Source: Dipteris shenzhenensis (taxonomy: Eukaryota). Taken from it: 64,000 nt of DNA. The stretch lies in assembly GCA_047967505.1 (NCBI GenBank), contig CM106538.1; one strand, given 5' to 3'. Positions 13,005 through 24,903 of this stretch are shown in pieces (position 1 is the stretch's first letter; each line of letters opens with the position of its first letter). Both the position numbers and the translations under genes were made by a program. A model generated the notes under the pieces. That model was not told the DNA's origin. It worked only from the letters and a program-made list of their open reading frames with translations, and searched no databases.

Positions 13005-15200
13005 ATGAAGAAGGAAGCCACAAGAGAAGAAGGAGAAGAAGCTTTTGAGAAGAAAGAGAAGAAGCTTTTCATGCCTCTATCCAAGGTAAGTCTCTTGTCA
13101 GTTGCTCTTCTCTCTCAATCTATGATGCTTCTTGTACTTGTGGAAAGTTGTTCTCTTCAGATTCCGTCCTTTGTCGCATGCAAGAAAGAATGTTTTTGGA
13201 TAATTTTGTTCTTTTTGGGATCGAGCGGTTTGTTCTTATCAAATTTTGTCAAGATTTGTCTATCGAAGTGCGTATAACAATGCGTCAAACTATATTTTGA
13301 ATTGTGCAACCATGCCCATAGACAAGCTTTTAGCCACGTCTATAGGCACGCTATGACAGTTCTATAGTTTTACAGCTCTTCTCCTTTTCCTTCTCCTTCT
13401 CCCTCCGTTCTCCTTCCATTCTTCCTTCTCTTTCTCTTCTCTTTCTTGATCCTTTCCTTCTCCTTTCCCTTGCATGTATGTTTTAAGTCGAATTTTCAAT
13501 GCCTTAAGCATTCATGAGGAAATAAGGGTTTGCATAAGGGAAATTGGACTACAACATGAGGGCGCGATAAAGAAAGAGGGCATGCATGATAAAAATCACG
13601 GGTCCATTGCATGAGGGAAATTGGAAAATTGGCATAACTCTTTTATATATGCATATGGAAAGAGGGCATACATGATGGAATAAACCCCTCTTACTTCTTT
13701 CTTTCTTCTCTTCTCTTCTCTACTCTTCTTATCTTCAAACCTTCTTCTCTTCTCTTCTAATCTTCTTCTCTTCTTTTCTATAGTTCATCGTGTGGCTAGG
13801 AACCTCTTCAGGAGCCTCACCTGACCCTCGAGATGCCTTATTATAGCAGTTATATAACATTTTGGGGCACCCTCCCACTACAAAGGAGTTATATACATAC
13901 ATAATGAGCACTCAAAACACCCATGATGAGTCGAGAGTATAGACTCCAAACCACCCCACACCCACACCACCTGAGATTACTCTTGTGGAGTCAAGACAAC
14001 CTAGTAGGCGGCAGAGCCACTAGCCTTCTCCCCGATCATCAGGAGTCCCTTCTCCCCTACGGTCTGGAGTCCCTTCTCCCCTGCGGTTAGGAGGCCCTTC
14101 TAGAATGCAGAGCCGCCAACGTACTCCCATGCAATTGGGAGCCCCTTCTCCAAAGGCGAGTGCCCATCATAGTAGCTCGTCACGACATGGTAGAAGGTGT
14201 AGTAGCAGGAAGAGCTCTAGCATAGGATGCATGGCATAGTGCTTTGGGGGCAGCACTGGGGGCAAGGAGGATTTAGATGCAGAGGTGCTAGAGGGTGATG
14301 GTATGATCTTCTATGATATCACTGAGATGGGTGGCATCTTGATGGATTCACAAGGAAAGGACATCATGGCCTTCATGTGCTTTGTAGTTCATAACAACTA
14401 GAGAGATTGCTTCATTCAATTCAAAGAGCAGGAAAAAAAGTTTGGCTGATGATACCATCAATGCTATATGCTCCAGGTATCCCAATCATCCAGTGTTGAG
14501 TTCACTGACAAATGGGCAAAGTCAAAGATTACCATTATCCTTGCCACCCAATAAGAGATCTTTTCTTAAGAGACAGGCACTAGCTGAGATTGCTAGGAGA
14601 GAGGGAGGTCAACCACCAACAAGTCAGCCCCACACCACTCATAAGTGCGAGTGGAAGAAAGCGATGAAGGGAGTGAAAGCAGACCCCAGTCTGCAACACA
14701 TAGAGGCACGACGGATCCAGATGGAGCGATATGGAAACGTGCATTTTGGAGCAGGGGTTATTGCATCATGGGAGGCCAAATTGTAAGTATTGATCTCAAA
14801 TTATATTGTGTTTATGTGGTTTATTAGGAGGTTGTTCCTTTGTACTAACCCCTCTACAAATTGTGTCATCTTGCAGCTTGATATCGTGGGGAGATTCCCT
14901 ACTCCTTTCGAGACAACCTACCATCATGGACATTGCAAGTGACATACCTGGAGGCACTTCTATGATGAGGGGTTGATTACTAAGGAGCAGTATATCCGGG
15001 CTACTGGAGTGCCCTTGCAAGTATTTAAAAGTACTTTAAAAATGTGAATGTTGTAAATAAAGATTTGATTTTTCATACATTGTACATGTTGTCCCTTGTT
15101 TACAAGCTCCTGGGGATAATGAGGAGGTAGAAGGTGAGGATACTGAGGAGGAAGACGGTAATGAAAAAGGCAATGAAGATGGGAGTGAGGACGAGGATGC
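13005..15200 (+). pseudogene. Second CACTA gene remnant, probably TnpA/Ptta (Transposase_24)-like
   Basis: Donor AAG/GTAAGT at ~13085, pyrimidine-rich intron to ~13782, GVPSP repeats, then ...EWKKAMK...ARRIQMERYGNVHFGAGVIASW. Family assignment is by motif resemblance only. Confidence 0.5.
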
Positions 15201-16369
15201 CTCCAATTAGTCATAGAAGTACTACTAGAATTAGTGCTAGTTATTCTTTTTTGTATTGAAGCCATTGGCTTGGCTTCGTGCTATATGTATATACACTCCT
15301 CTTATTTTTTGAACATGAAGCCACAGGTGGGTGGGCTTCAGCTATATGTATATACAAGCACTTTTTGGGCTATGAAACTCGTATTTTTTTGGCATTCAAT
15401 TTCCTTGTGCAATGTTTTATCAATGAATGCTTTGTGATGTAAACGTTTTGGAGTTGTAGCTATAGACGTGCATGGAATTGTGCAAATTAAAATGTGGTTG
15501 GCAGTAAGAATTGCATTGTACACTGTAGAAATGGGATTCCTACAACCACACAACATACTATAGAAATGGGATTCCTACAACCACACAGCATACACAACAT
15601 TCTATTCAACCACACGACATTCTTTTAAAAAAAAATAATTCTGCAGAGCATCTATAAGCATGTCTATTAGCACATCTTTCTTTTTTTTCTGCAAAGTGTC
15701 TATTAGCATGTCTATGGGTGTGTCTCTCTATTATATAGATGCGTCTATAGACACGGGTTTGTAGATGTGCTAATAGATGCACTTGTTAATTTTTTTTAAA
15801 ATTCAATAAACACATCTGTACATGTGTCTATGGATGCATTGTGTTGTTGTGTTATTGGCGCATCAAAGGCCCCATCCATCACAAGTTTGGATTTCTTTTG
15901 AACACAAGCAATATACCATGAAAGATGATTGGTCAATCAAAAAACAATGGCAATTTTTCCTATTGCCATGGATAGCCTCCCCTTTTGTTCAATCATTCTC
16001 TCCAAATCCCTTGCAACTATTAAATGGAGTGTTGAATTGATTCTTGTACATGGAGTGTTGAATTTATTACGATGAAGGCAATATACAATCCCCTTGTAGA
16101 TCACATCCCCTTGCATGCTCCCACTGTCAATCACTTGTATTCTTCCTATTGACTTTAGTTTGGTGAAGAGCTTCTTCTCACCAATTGTGCAACATGTCAC
16201 GATAATAATAATTCTCCTTAAATAAATATAAATACAAATACAAATCTGAATAAATAAATATATGGGAATAAGAGCAAGGTCTTTTCAATATGGGTATGTT
16301 CTATATATCTATTGAAATCATCTCCTCATATAGCTAGAGTCCACTTGTGTGTGTGTTTTGTACCATGGA

Positions 16370-16619
16370 TAAAAATGTTATCCAAGAATATTAGTAAGAA
16401 TTTGTCGATTTATTCCTAGAAAGTTTCTACCATGAATTGCTGGAACATAGCATGTGCACTCTTCAACTCAATTAGCATCACCTTAATCGAGTATGCTCCT
16501 TGTTTGATGATCAAGCTTGCCATTTCTTGATCCTCATTGGGCATTGTGGTTTAGGTGTACCCCCTATATCCGTCCATGAATGAATATGTCTCATGCCCCA
16601 GTACTTTGTCCAAGATGTT
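16370..16619 (-). mobile_element. Gypsy RT 3' half; continuation of the RT cut at 3087
   Basis: Minus strand reads NILDKVLGHETYSFMDGYRGY...EDQE...VMLIELKSAHAMFQQFM...KFLLIFLDN. Confidence 0.85.
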
Positions 16620-17219
16620 CACTACAAGACATGGGCCTTTTTCTGACATCGATAGTGACGCTAAATACAAATATTTTTTTAAAACAATTGAAAAGTATCG
16701 AAATGTGCATCGGTGTGTATGTTGTAAAGAAAGTCGATATGAGTGTCGGTATGGGCATCAACAAGTGATAGCTATCAGTGTCGATATGGGCGTCAATATT
16801 AACATTGATACGTATCGCCACTATAGTGTCGGTATGGGCATTGGTATATACCGACATTTTAACATAAGAAAAAAAGAAATTGTGGGGTAGGATCACAGTA
16901 GGATGGGGCTTGTTTTAGTTCCATCCTACCCCAAAATGTTTTTTTTTCATTAGAATCATGTTACAAAAGTGGTGTACAAAATCATGTTACAATGTTACAA
17001 AAAAGGTCTACAAAATGGCAAAAGTAGTTCCGAAGGAATCTGCTCTCCAAACGGGTGACATGACGACATGTCTAATTCAATGGGATTGGACAAACACAAA
17101 CAAAAACAATAAAACAAACACAAACACAAAATCGAATAAGAAGCGAAAAAAATAATACAGACTTGCATTTTAGTCTTCTAAGTCTTGAAAAGAGACCACC
17201 ATCATATCTAAGGATGGGA

Positions 17220-17565
17220 GCGAGGAAGAGTGGAGAGAAAGACCCAAAAAAAGAGAGAAAGAGAGGAAAAGAGAAGAGAAAAGAAAATAAGAGGGAAGAG
17301 AAAAGAGAGGAAAAGAGAGGAGAGAAAGAGAGAAAGAAGAGGAGGAAAATAAGAGAGGAAAAGAGAGGACAGAAAGAGAGAAAAAAAGAGAGAAATAAGA
17401 GGAGGAGAGAAAGAGAGAAAGAAGAGGAGGGAAATAAGAGAAGAAAAAAAGAGAGGAAAGAGAGGAGAGAAAGAGAGATAAAAATGAGAGAAAGAGAGGA
17501 AAAGAGAGAAGAGACAAGAAAATAAGAGAGGAGAGAGAAGAGAGGAAAAGAGAGAGCGAGGAAGA

Positions 17566-17615
<50 letters not shown>

Positions 17616-17640
17616 AGAGAGGAGAGAAAGAGAGAGAATA
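17220..17640 (+). repeat. Polypurine (GA-rich) low-complexity tract including (GA)n
   Basis: Almost purely A/G on the + strand. Confidence 0.95.
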
Positions 17641-18768
17641 ACTTCTCCGCCCCGCCATCGACAACCTTCAGCTTGTCTACATGATGCTCCAGCCTCTCCA
17701 ACGAGCCAATGCTAGTGCCTCTTTAATGAGCCAGCCAATGAATTGCCTGCACACAACAATGCAAAGGGCCTCCATCCAAAGCGTGCCTCTCCTCGCAAGC
17801 ACATGGGCTGTAGCACTAGCTCTAACGAGCCCACGACACCTATCCAAGCAGCAATGTGTGGCCCAACACACATGCGACAACGCAAGCTCTCCAACCATGC
17901 ACAGATGGAATCGACGAAATCTTTAAAAGATTCTAGTCGCCCTCCTTCCAACACATGGTAGAAATTGAGGATAGGGTTAGTTACCTAAATCCCAGGTTAG
18001 TTAAGTTAATCATAGCTTGGGTCCAACAAGAGACACGTGGCAAACCTTGGTCACCTTATCCTCACGGTCACCACTCACCCTAAGAGTGGTCTACAAGGCA
18101 ACACGTGGCATGTTATCTTGCCATGTCAACATCTGTCACATCATCTGGCCACATCAACTGCCACCTCAGCTACCATGTCAGCTGCCACATCAGTAGGTCC
18201 AGTCAAATTCAATGCCAGATCAGCATTGCCACATCATCAGGTCTACATCATCATTGTTGACATCATCAATTCCACATCACCAACTTACCAACTCATCAAC
18301 CTAGTCAACTGCCACCTCATTAGTGCCACATGGCACTCTGACCCTTGCAGGCACAGTTATCCCTCTGTAGGTACACACAGTCATTGCATGTCACCACACC
18401 TGCCACCTCAACACAAGGTTCCAGAGGCATAGTCCCTGCTAGGCACAGTCACTGCATGTGACCCCCTGATTGCCACATCATCATTGAGCACATTTGGCCT
18501 ACTTCATGATGTTGATCTTGAGGGAAGGTGTTGAGAGTTCATGCTCAACATCATGTGATCATATGTGCATAGCACTAACCCAATAGAGTGCTATAAAGGA
18601 AAGGGTTAGATGCCCTAACCCTAACCCTAAATGGGTTTGTATATATTCTACATTTTCAACTAAATCCAGTGTACAGTTAGTGTACAGTTAGTCATTTGTG
18701 GTGTGCTCTCTAGCTGTGCCCTCTCTCTAATCTCCACTCTTCTCCTCTCCCCTCTTCATATTTTGTCA
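17641..18768 (+). mobile_element. 5'-deleted copy of the second non-autonomous LTR element (3' LTR 18529-18768)
   Basis: Matches ~59584-60699; PPT GAGGGAAGG then TGTTGAGAG...TTTTGTCA. Confidence 0.9.
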
Positions 18769-19020
18769 TTAGGGGGTATTCGGGGATTAAGGGTGTTTAG
18801 GATTTAGGGTTGGGAAATTATAGAGAATTTGGATAATTTTAAGGGGTTTGGTGGGTTTTAGGGAGGGTTTAGGGTTTGGGGTTGGGGGATTTGGGAGGGT
18901 TTAGGGAATTTGGATGGGTTTAAGGAATTTTAGGTACCGAAGAAGGGGTTTGGGGGTTTCTGGGGGATTTGGGTGTTTGACTTGACTGGGAGGGATGGTT
19001 TTGGATGTGTTTAGGTGGAA
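18769..19020 (+). repeat. Degenerate telomere-like G-rich tract (TTTAGGG/TTTGGGG variants)
   Basis: Repeated tttaggg, tttgggg and ttggggg runs. Confidence 0.85.
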
Positions 19021-19039
19021 AGGATGAGTACTGATAGAT

Positions 19040-22000
19040 GGTGGGCTACCTCCCGGGAGTGTGGAGTGGCTTCGTGAGAGATTACCTTGTCCTTGTACGC
19101 ATTGTAGACAAGGGGTTTGTCATCAGCACTGCATTGTCATGCGCTACTTGCAAATGTATGGAGAGGCACCAACAGAAGAGGACATTGGTCATAATGCTAG
19201 TGTATCATCGATAAACCAATGATATTTGAGTGATTCATGGATATTTATATTGTGTGCATATTCCACACACTAATATACAGGATGAGAAGAGCAGCGAGGG
19301 AGCACATGCACCACCACCACACTTCAAGCCAAATGATCCTCTAGAGGAGGACGAGATGGATTCTATTTTTGGAGGCACCACAGGAGATGGGGGAGAGATG
19401 TCTGAGCATGCGCCATGATGCGATATTTGGCATCAACACACTTGTATGATGTTGTGAGGATGACAAACTACGAGTGTGCCTCTCGATTGAATCTGCAGGC
19501 AAAGTATGGCTGGTCAGACACAAGTGTATCAGCCTTGATGAGGTTAGTGCAATTCATGTTTGGATCCTTGTTCTTAGTATCTCATTACTAATTATTTTAA
19601 TTAGTATCTCATTCTTAAGATTTCTTGGATATGCAAATTGCAATAGGTTGCTCCAAAAGATGTTGCTTGCCCCAAATACCATGACAATTCTGGAGACGAA
19701 GCGAAGAACATGTTGACGATGGTTGGGATGGATTATAACACCATCCACGCTTGCCCTGATGATTGTATTTTGTTTTGTCATGAGTATGGTAATTTGGTTA
19801 ATTGTTCAAGGTGTGAAGCACAGTGCTATAGACAGGACTTACTTGGGGAGACGATCCCAGTGAAGGTCTTGAGACATTTTTCCATCATTCCCAAAATACA
19901 AGACATGTTCAGATGCAAGTCCATTGCACAACTAATGACATGGCATGCTACACACCGGCCCATAGATGACACTTTGAAGATCCATGTAGATTGTGCTACT
20001 TGGAAGCACATAGACATCATGTGGCTGGACTTTGCGAGAGAGCCACGTAATTTACATCTCGAGTTCGTAATGGATGGCGTGAACCCTTTTGGGTTACACT
20101 CGACATCTTGGTCAACATGGCCCATACCTTTATGCTTTATTGTGGTGTGATCTATGCATGTCTAATGACTTATTTGTGCATGCATATATGTAGGTCTTAA
20201 AACACAAGGGTATTATGCTTGTCCTATTTGTGGCCATAGTTTGAATGCATGACACTCCAAACATATGAGAAAGATGGTTTATGAAGGTCATGCTCAATAC
20301 CTGCCACTTGATCATCCTGCACGTGAAGGTCAACTTGATCCACCACCGATCCGTAAGAAGGCAAGTGACTAGATTCGAGATTGGAGAGCTAATAGTGAGA
20401 AGCCTCCTCCTAGTATGAAATAGTTGTCGATCTTTTATGAGCTTTCATATTAGAATGAGTTACAAATCAATCATCTCTTGGATCCTATGCAAATCTTCAA
20501 GAATGGGGAGCCTTCTATTTGGGCACACTTGGTTGGTGACAAAGACACAAGGGGAGTTTAATAAGACTTGCACTACATGGATAGGATGCCTCACTTTTGT
20601 GATCCCAAGAGCATGTGTGTAGAACCCAAGCGTGGTTCTATAACTCAAGAGAGTGGTTCAAGAATCCAAGAGCATCCTCCTAGAATTATTCTCCCGAGGC
20701 ACCATTGATCCTTTCCAAGGTAGTGAAGGTGGACATTGAATCTTTTCGAACACCCACATGACACGTGTTGCCTTAGGGAGCGTTTACAAAGGACAATAAG
20801 CTTAGTGGCCTCAAGTCCCATGATTGGCACAAGGTCTTATAAGTATTCTACATGTTAGCTTGAATGCTTATAACTCCTTTGTTGCTTGGGTAGTTTATCC
20901 TCCCAATTACAGTGAGAGGATGCTTATTGAAAGATGTTAGAAAAGCTATCTACAAGATCAGTGGCATTGTCAGGTACTTACTATCATATCACCTTCATTA
21001 TATTTCATACAATTTTAAATGATCAATAGAGAATATTGAATCTTATGAGTGCATGTGAAATAGGTGGATCTCACAAAAAGAGATCTCTATATCAAGCATC
21101 AAGAGGGCTAAGGTGGACTCCATTGAAGTTGTGTGCTTGCTTGAGAAGCACTTTCCCTCAAACGTTATGACGACTCAGGTGCACTTGCTTGTACACGTAG
21201 ATGAGGTTACGGGGATGAGCATTTTCTGAGCGAAATCTTCCGAGCGTCCGAGCGAAGGAAAAAAAAAGCTTCCAACTATGCATAAATATGGCAAAAATCG
21301 ATCAAAAGAAAACATAGTTTCACTTAGAAATATGCAAAGTATTATAGCAATACCTATTTTATACAAAAATCTTTAGGTGAATCTTTAGGAATGGTGAGAG
21401 CATAATGGGATGGCTTTTGAAGAAACCCACATGTAGAGTACACTTCTCTATGAAAATTCTCTTATGATCCTTCTTACAACTTTTACTTAATAGGGGGTGA
21501 CATTGAAAACCCTCTCTCAATCTATTTTCATGAAAGGGTTTCTTCAAAGAAAACTCATTGAAGCAAGCCATCCAGGTAGTTTCGCCAGCGAAACCCCTTT
21601 GAAGCAGGTCTCCCAAGGTAGTTTCGCTGGCGAAACTATCTTGGACATCACTTTTAAAAGTGACATAACTTTCATATCCAATGTCCAAATATAGTTATTC
21701 AGCCACTCAAATCGATCGGAACACCCCATTTGAGCACATCTATGGAGTTATATTTTGGAAAATCTTCCATATGTAGTATTAAATATTACATGTATTTTAT
21801 GAGAGTGATATATAAGCCCAAGTTAATACTTATTTATAGTAATTTAAACTTCTTTAGAAACATGTCCATAAATATCTTGTTATTTATGCTATAAAAACAC
21901 TAAAAAGATATTGCCATATGATATAAATGTGTTAATAAGTAATTATATATGCGTAGTATTATTACATTAAGAGTGATTATGAGGGATGTTTCTTAAAGGA

Positions 22001-22315
22001 ATCAATACTTTTTTAAGGTAATAATAGGGGTACAAAGGGATGTCTCTAAATAAGAAAATTATGTTGTGTAAAAATGAATGAGTGACTAGTCTTTATATTT
22101 TTATGATAAAGGGATCTAGTTCTAGTGAAAATAAAAGTGTTAAAACCATGTTTCCTAAAGAAATACATTTTTTTAAATCTCTTGAAAAATATGCTCAGAT
22201 AAACTTGCTCATAGGTTTTTGCTCGTAAAATTAACGCATCCATGAGGTTACCATTGCAAGAATCGTTCATAGTCATTGGATGTTTCTCCTTAAACGGTTT
22301 ATGAAAACTTTGATA
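19040..22315 (+). pseudogene. En/Spm Tnp2 transposase pseudogene (copy A)
   Basis: CPCTHC transposase-associated domain, IHACPDDC...CSRCEAQCY...KVLRHFSIIP, DGVNPF, GLKSHDWH, HLLVH; interrupted by a MULE-like insert. Confidence 0.9.
21211..22241. mobile_element. Non-autonomous Mutator-like (MULE) element, 1031 bp
   Basis: 10-bp TSD ATGAGGTTAC (21201-21210, 22242-22251); imperfect TIR GGATG..ATTTT..GAGC.AAA.C...GAGC; empty site at ~63152 in the duplicate; AT-rich, non-coding. Confidence 0.85.
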
Positions 22316-24099
22316 CCTCCTCCCACAGTGGGAGAAGCCCCACACCTCTCTCTCAGAAAACATGGTGCAAACGATATAACGCACCCTTGGAGAGTGGTAC
22401 ACAGTGTGTGCGAGAGAAAGGTCAATAGAGTAGCACTGAGAGATGGATAGAAAGAGAGAGAGTCAGTCTTGTAATTCCTCTGCAGTGACGAAAAAGGCTC
22501 CCGTCTGAGTTGAAAGTTCTTGCCCTATTTTGTGCCCTCCGTGAACCTTTACACAATAGTTGCGCCACCACCATGACCTGCACAATCCCAGTCACCAGCG
22601 ATGCTTATCAGAGTAGGGACTTCCAGAACCAACGACGAAAAAAAAAAGGGATACATGAGTATGGAAGAAGACTAACTCCTTAAGCCTCTTGCTCGGCAGC
22701 TGGCTGAACCAAGATGCGCTGCTAGGGATGGCGTGGGAATGCATGGACTCTAGCAAAGCTCCAGTACTTCTTTCAACCCAGTCTGCGGATGGAGCAGCGA
22801 ACAAACGGGGACCTGGTGAAATGTTTGATTGAAGCATTGGAAGCGATCCGAACTGCTGCCTCGACCGCGCTGCCAGAAGATCCAGCTGCATACCAGCTTA
22901 TATAAGACTTTGGGCTGTGGGCATCATTCCTGGCCATACTTGCAAAAATAGCATCACCGCTGGAACAATGTCTACGAACCAGCACAGCGCAACAATGGAA
23001 TGAAGTTGAATTTTGGACAATTGCGCAAGAAGAGCGGAGCATCTTCTGCTGATTCAAATGTCCCTAGCCACACCCGAGCAGCTTTCTTTGGATCACGAAT
23101 CTCAGCTCCCCATTTTCCCCAAGGCAAAGCTTTGCCTCACCCCCTGTATCGCCGCTTCTTCGACGGCTCCTCTGGTTGATCGCTGGAACTTTTAATCGAC
23201 ACTGCACTCCCTTCTCTACCTTTCTGATCTGGATCCTCGTCCAAGCCTTCGGGCAACCTCTCTTTCTTATCTGTTTCGTGGTGGGAGACGACGCTAGGTG
23301 GCGGCCTCCAACACTCGCTGCTTTGAAAATTCTGCTCATCTTCTCTGCAGGTGGTCTCCGGTGTGCCCTTGCCATTCCTTTGATGATGCTTCATTTCTGC
23401 TTTTGCGACATCGTGGTGGTCGTGTCTGCTGCAAAAGACCCTACACCGAGAAAGTGCAAGCTCAGTGGTCTTATTCCGTACTCTCGCCTTAGTCCTCGCT
23501 TCACTCGGCTGTTGAACTACGACACCACCAAGGATGAGATTATTTCGAAAATACGGTCGTGGAGGAAGAATACGTATTTCAAGAAAAATAGGTAAGTGCA
23601 CAAACTCTAAGCATTCAAATTTCAAATTGGACTTAAAATTTCTTTAAATTCTGTTAAATTGATGATCTTAACATTATATTTTCTCATTCAAAGTTTTTTA
23701 ACTTTTTATTTAACTACATATAGGCTCGTCCTATATGGTTAGAAAAGTTAGTCCTCCTATATAGGTTTGTCCTATAAGATAATGAAAACGTATGAGCTTA
23801 AGAAATACTTTCCTAAATCATAGAGTTACGTGAGATTTAAAATCAAATTTCATATGCGGTTATTTATTTTAGGATGGTGAAGAAGAAGCACATGAAATAG
23901 TTTAAAGAAACAATACCTTTACTTTTACTATTATTATTATCATCATCATTATAACGCACCCACCCATGGTCCTATTGGGGGCACACTCCTTGGTACGATT
24001 GAGGGACACCAATATACATGCAGTCGATCGACCACTAGGGTACAACGTCTTGTCCATAATTTTATATTGTAATAAACTCCATTGCGTGCATTTTCACAT

Positions 24100-24850
24100 T
24101 ATATCTTTGAAATTAAAATCGACCTTGTGTTAATTTCAAAAGTAAAAAATATACACATTAGCACCCTTGCTTCATCCACACTCCTAATGAAATACAAATC
24201 GACCTTGGGTTGATTTCAAGGATCAAAACATAGCACCATGGCTTCATGCACACTCCTACACGTCGCATCTTTGAAATGCAAATCGACCTTGGGCCGATTT
24301 TAAGGATCAAAACATGTTCTCATTAGGGCCACGGCTTCATTTTAGCACTCTTACACATCACATATTTAAAATGCAAATCGACCTTGGGTCGATTTCAAGG
24401 ATCAAAACATGTTCTAATTACAACCATTGATTCATGTGCACTCCTGGGTCGATTTTAAGGATCCAAACATGTTCTCAATAGGGCCATCGCTTCATGCGCA
24501 ATCCTACACATTGCATATTGAAATGCAAATCAACCTTGGGTTCAAGGATCAAAACATGTTCTCGTTAGGACTATGGCTTCATGCGCACTCCTACACATCG
24601 CATCTTTGAAATGCAAATCGACCTTGGGTTGATTTCAAGGATCAAAACATGTCCTGATTAGGGCCATGGCTTCATGCAAAGTCCTCCCCATCTCATCTTT
24701 GAAATGCAAATCGACTTCAAGGATTAAGAAATGTTCTCATTAGGGTCATGGCTTCATCTGCACTCCTACAATCATATATTTGAAATGCAAATTGACCTCG
24801 GGTCGATTCTAAGGATTGATTCCTGTTCTCATTACAACGATAGCTTCATG
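24100..24850. repeat. Tandem array, ~93-bp unit (~8-9 degenerate copies), with core palindrome AAATCGACC-TTG-GGTCGATTT
   Basis: Cores at ~24118, 24198, 24282, 24377, 24529, 24617, 24710, 24791 plus a partial unit. Confidence 0.9.
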
Positions 24851-24903
24851 ACATATGGAGGCAATGGAGTACTCACTGCCTTCCCCCCCTCCATATTGAA
24901 ACG

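Larger units (their letters stand above)
5821..15851. mobile_element. Complete CACTA/En-Spm-type DNA transposon with CACAG...TTGTG termini
   Basis: 32-bp imperfect TIR (24/32): CACAGCAAGACAAAGCAACTATAGATGCACGT vs revcomp of 15820-15851. TTA TSD at 5818-5820 and 15852-15854. Dense G(C/T)(A/G)TCTAT(A/T) subterminal repeats at both ends. Tnp2 transposase inside. Confidence 0.9.
16620..22315 (+). mobile_element. CACTA element, 5' part (copy A), truncated in DUF4218
   Basis: TIR CACTACAAGACAT at 16620, flank GTT; GTCGGTA/ATCGA subterminal repeats at 16645-16860; Tnp2 on + strand. Confidence 0.9.

Noticed and set aside
5821-15851. PIF/Harbinger assignment because of the TTA TSD
   Set aside because: The transposase is Tnp2/En-Spm type with CAC termini and subterminal repeats; 3-bp TSDs are normal for CACTA
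24100-24850. CRISPR-like array of palindromic repeats
   Set aside because: Inter-hairpin sequences are homologous to each other rather than unique spacers; no cas genes; eukaryotic TE context
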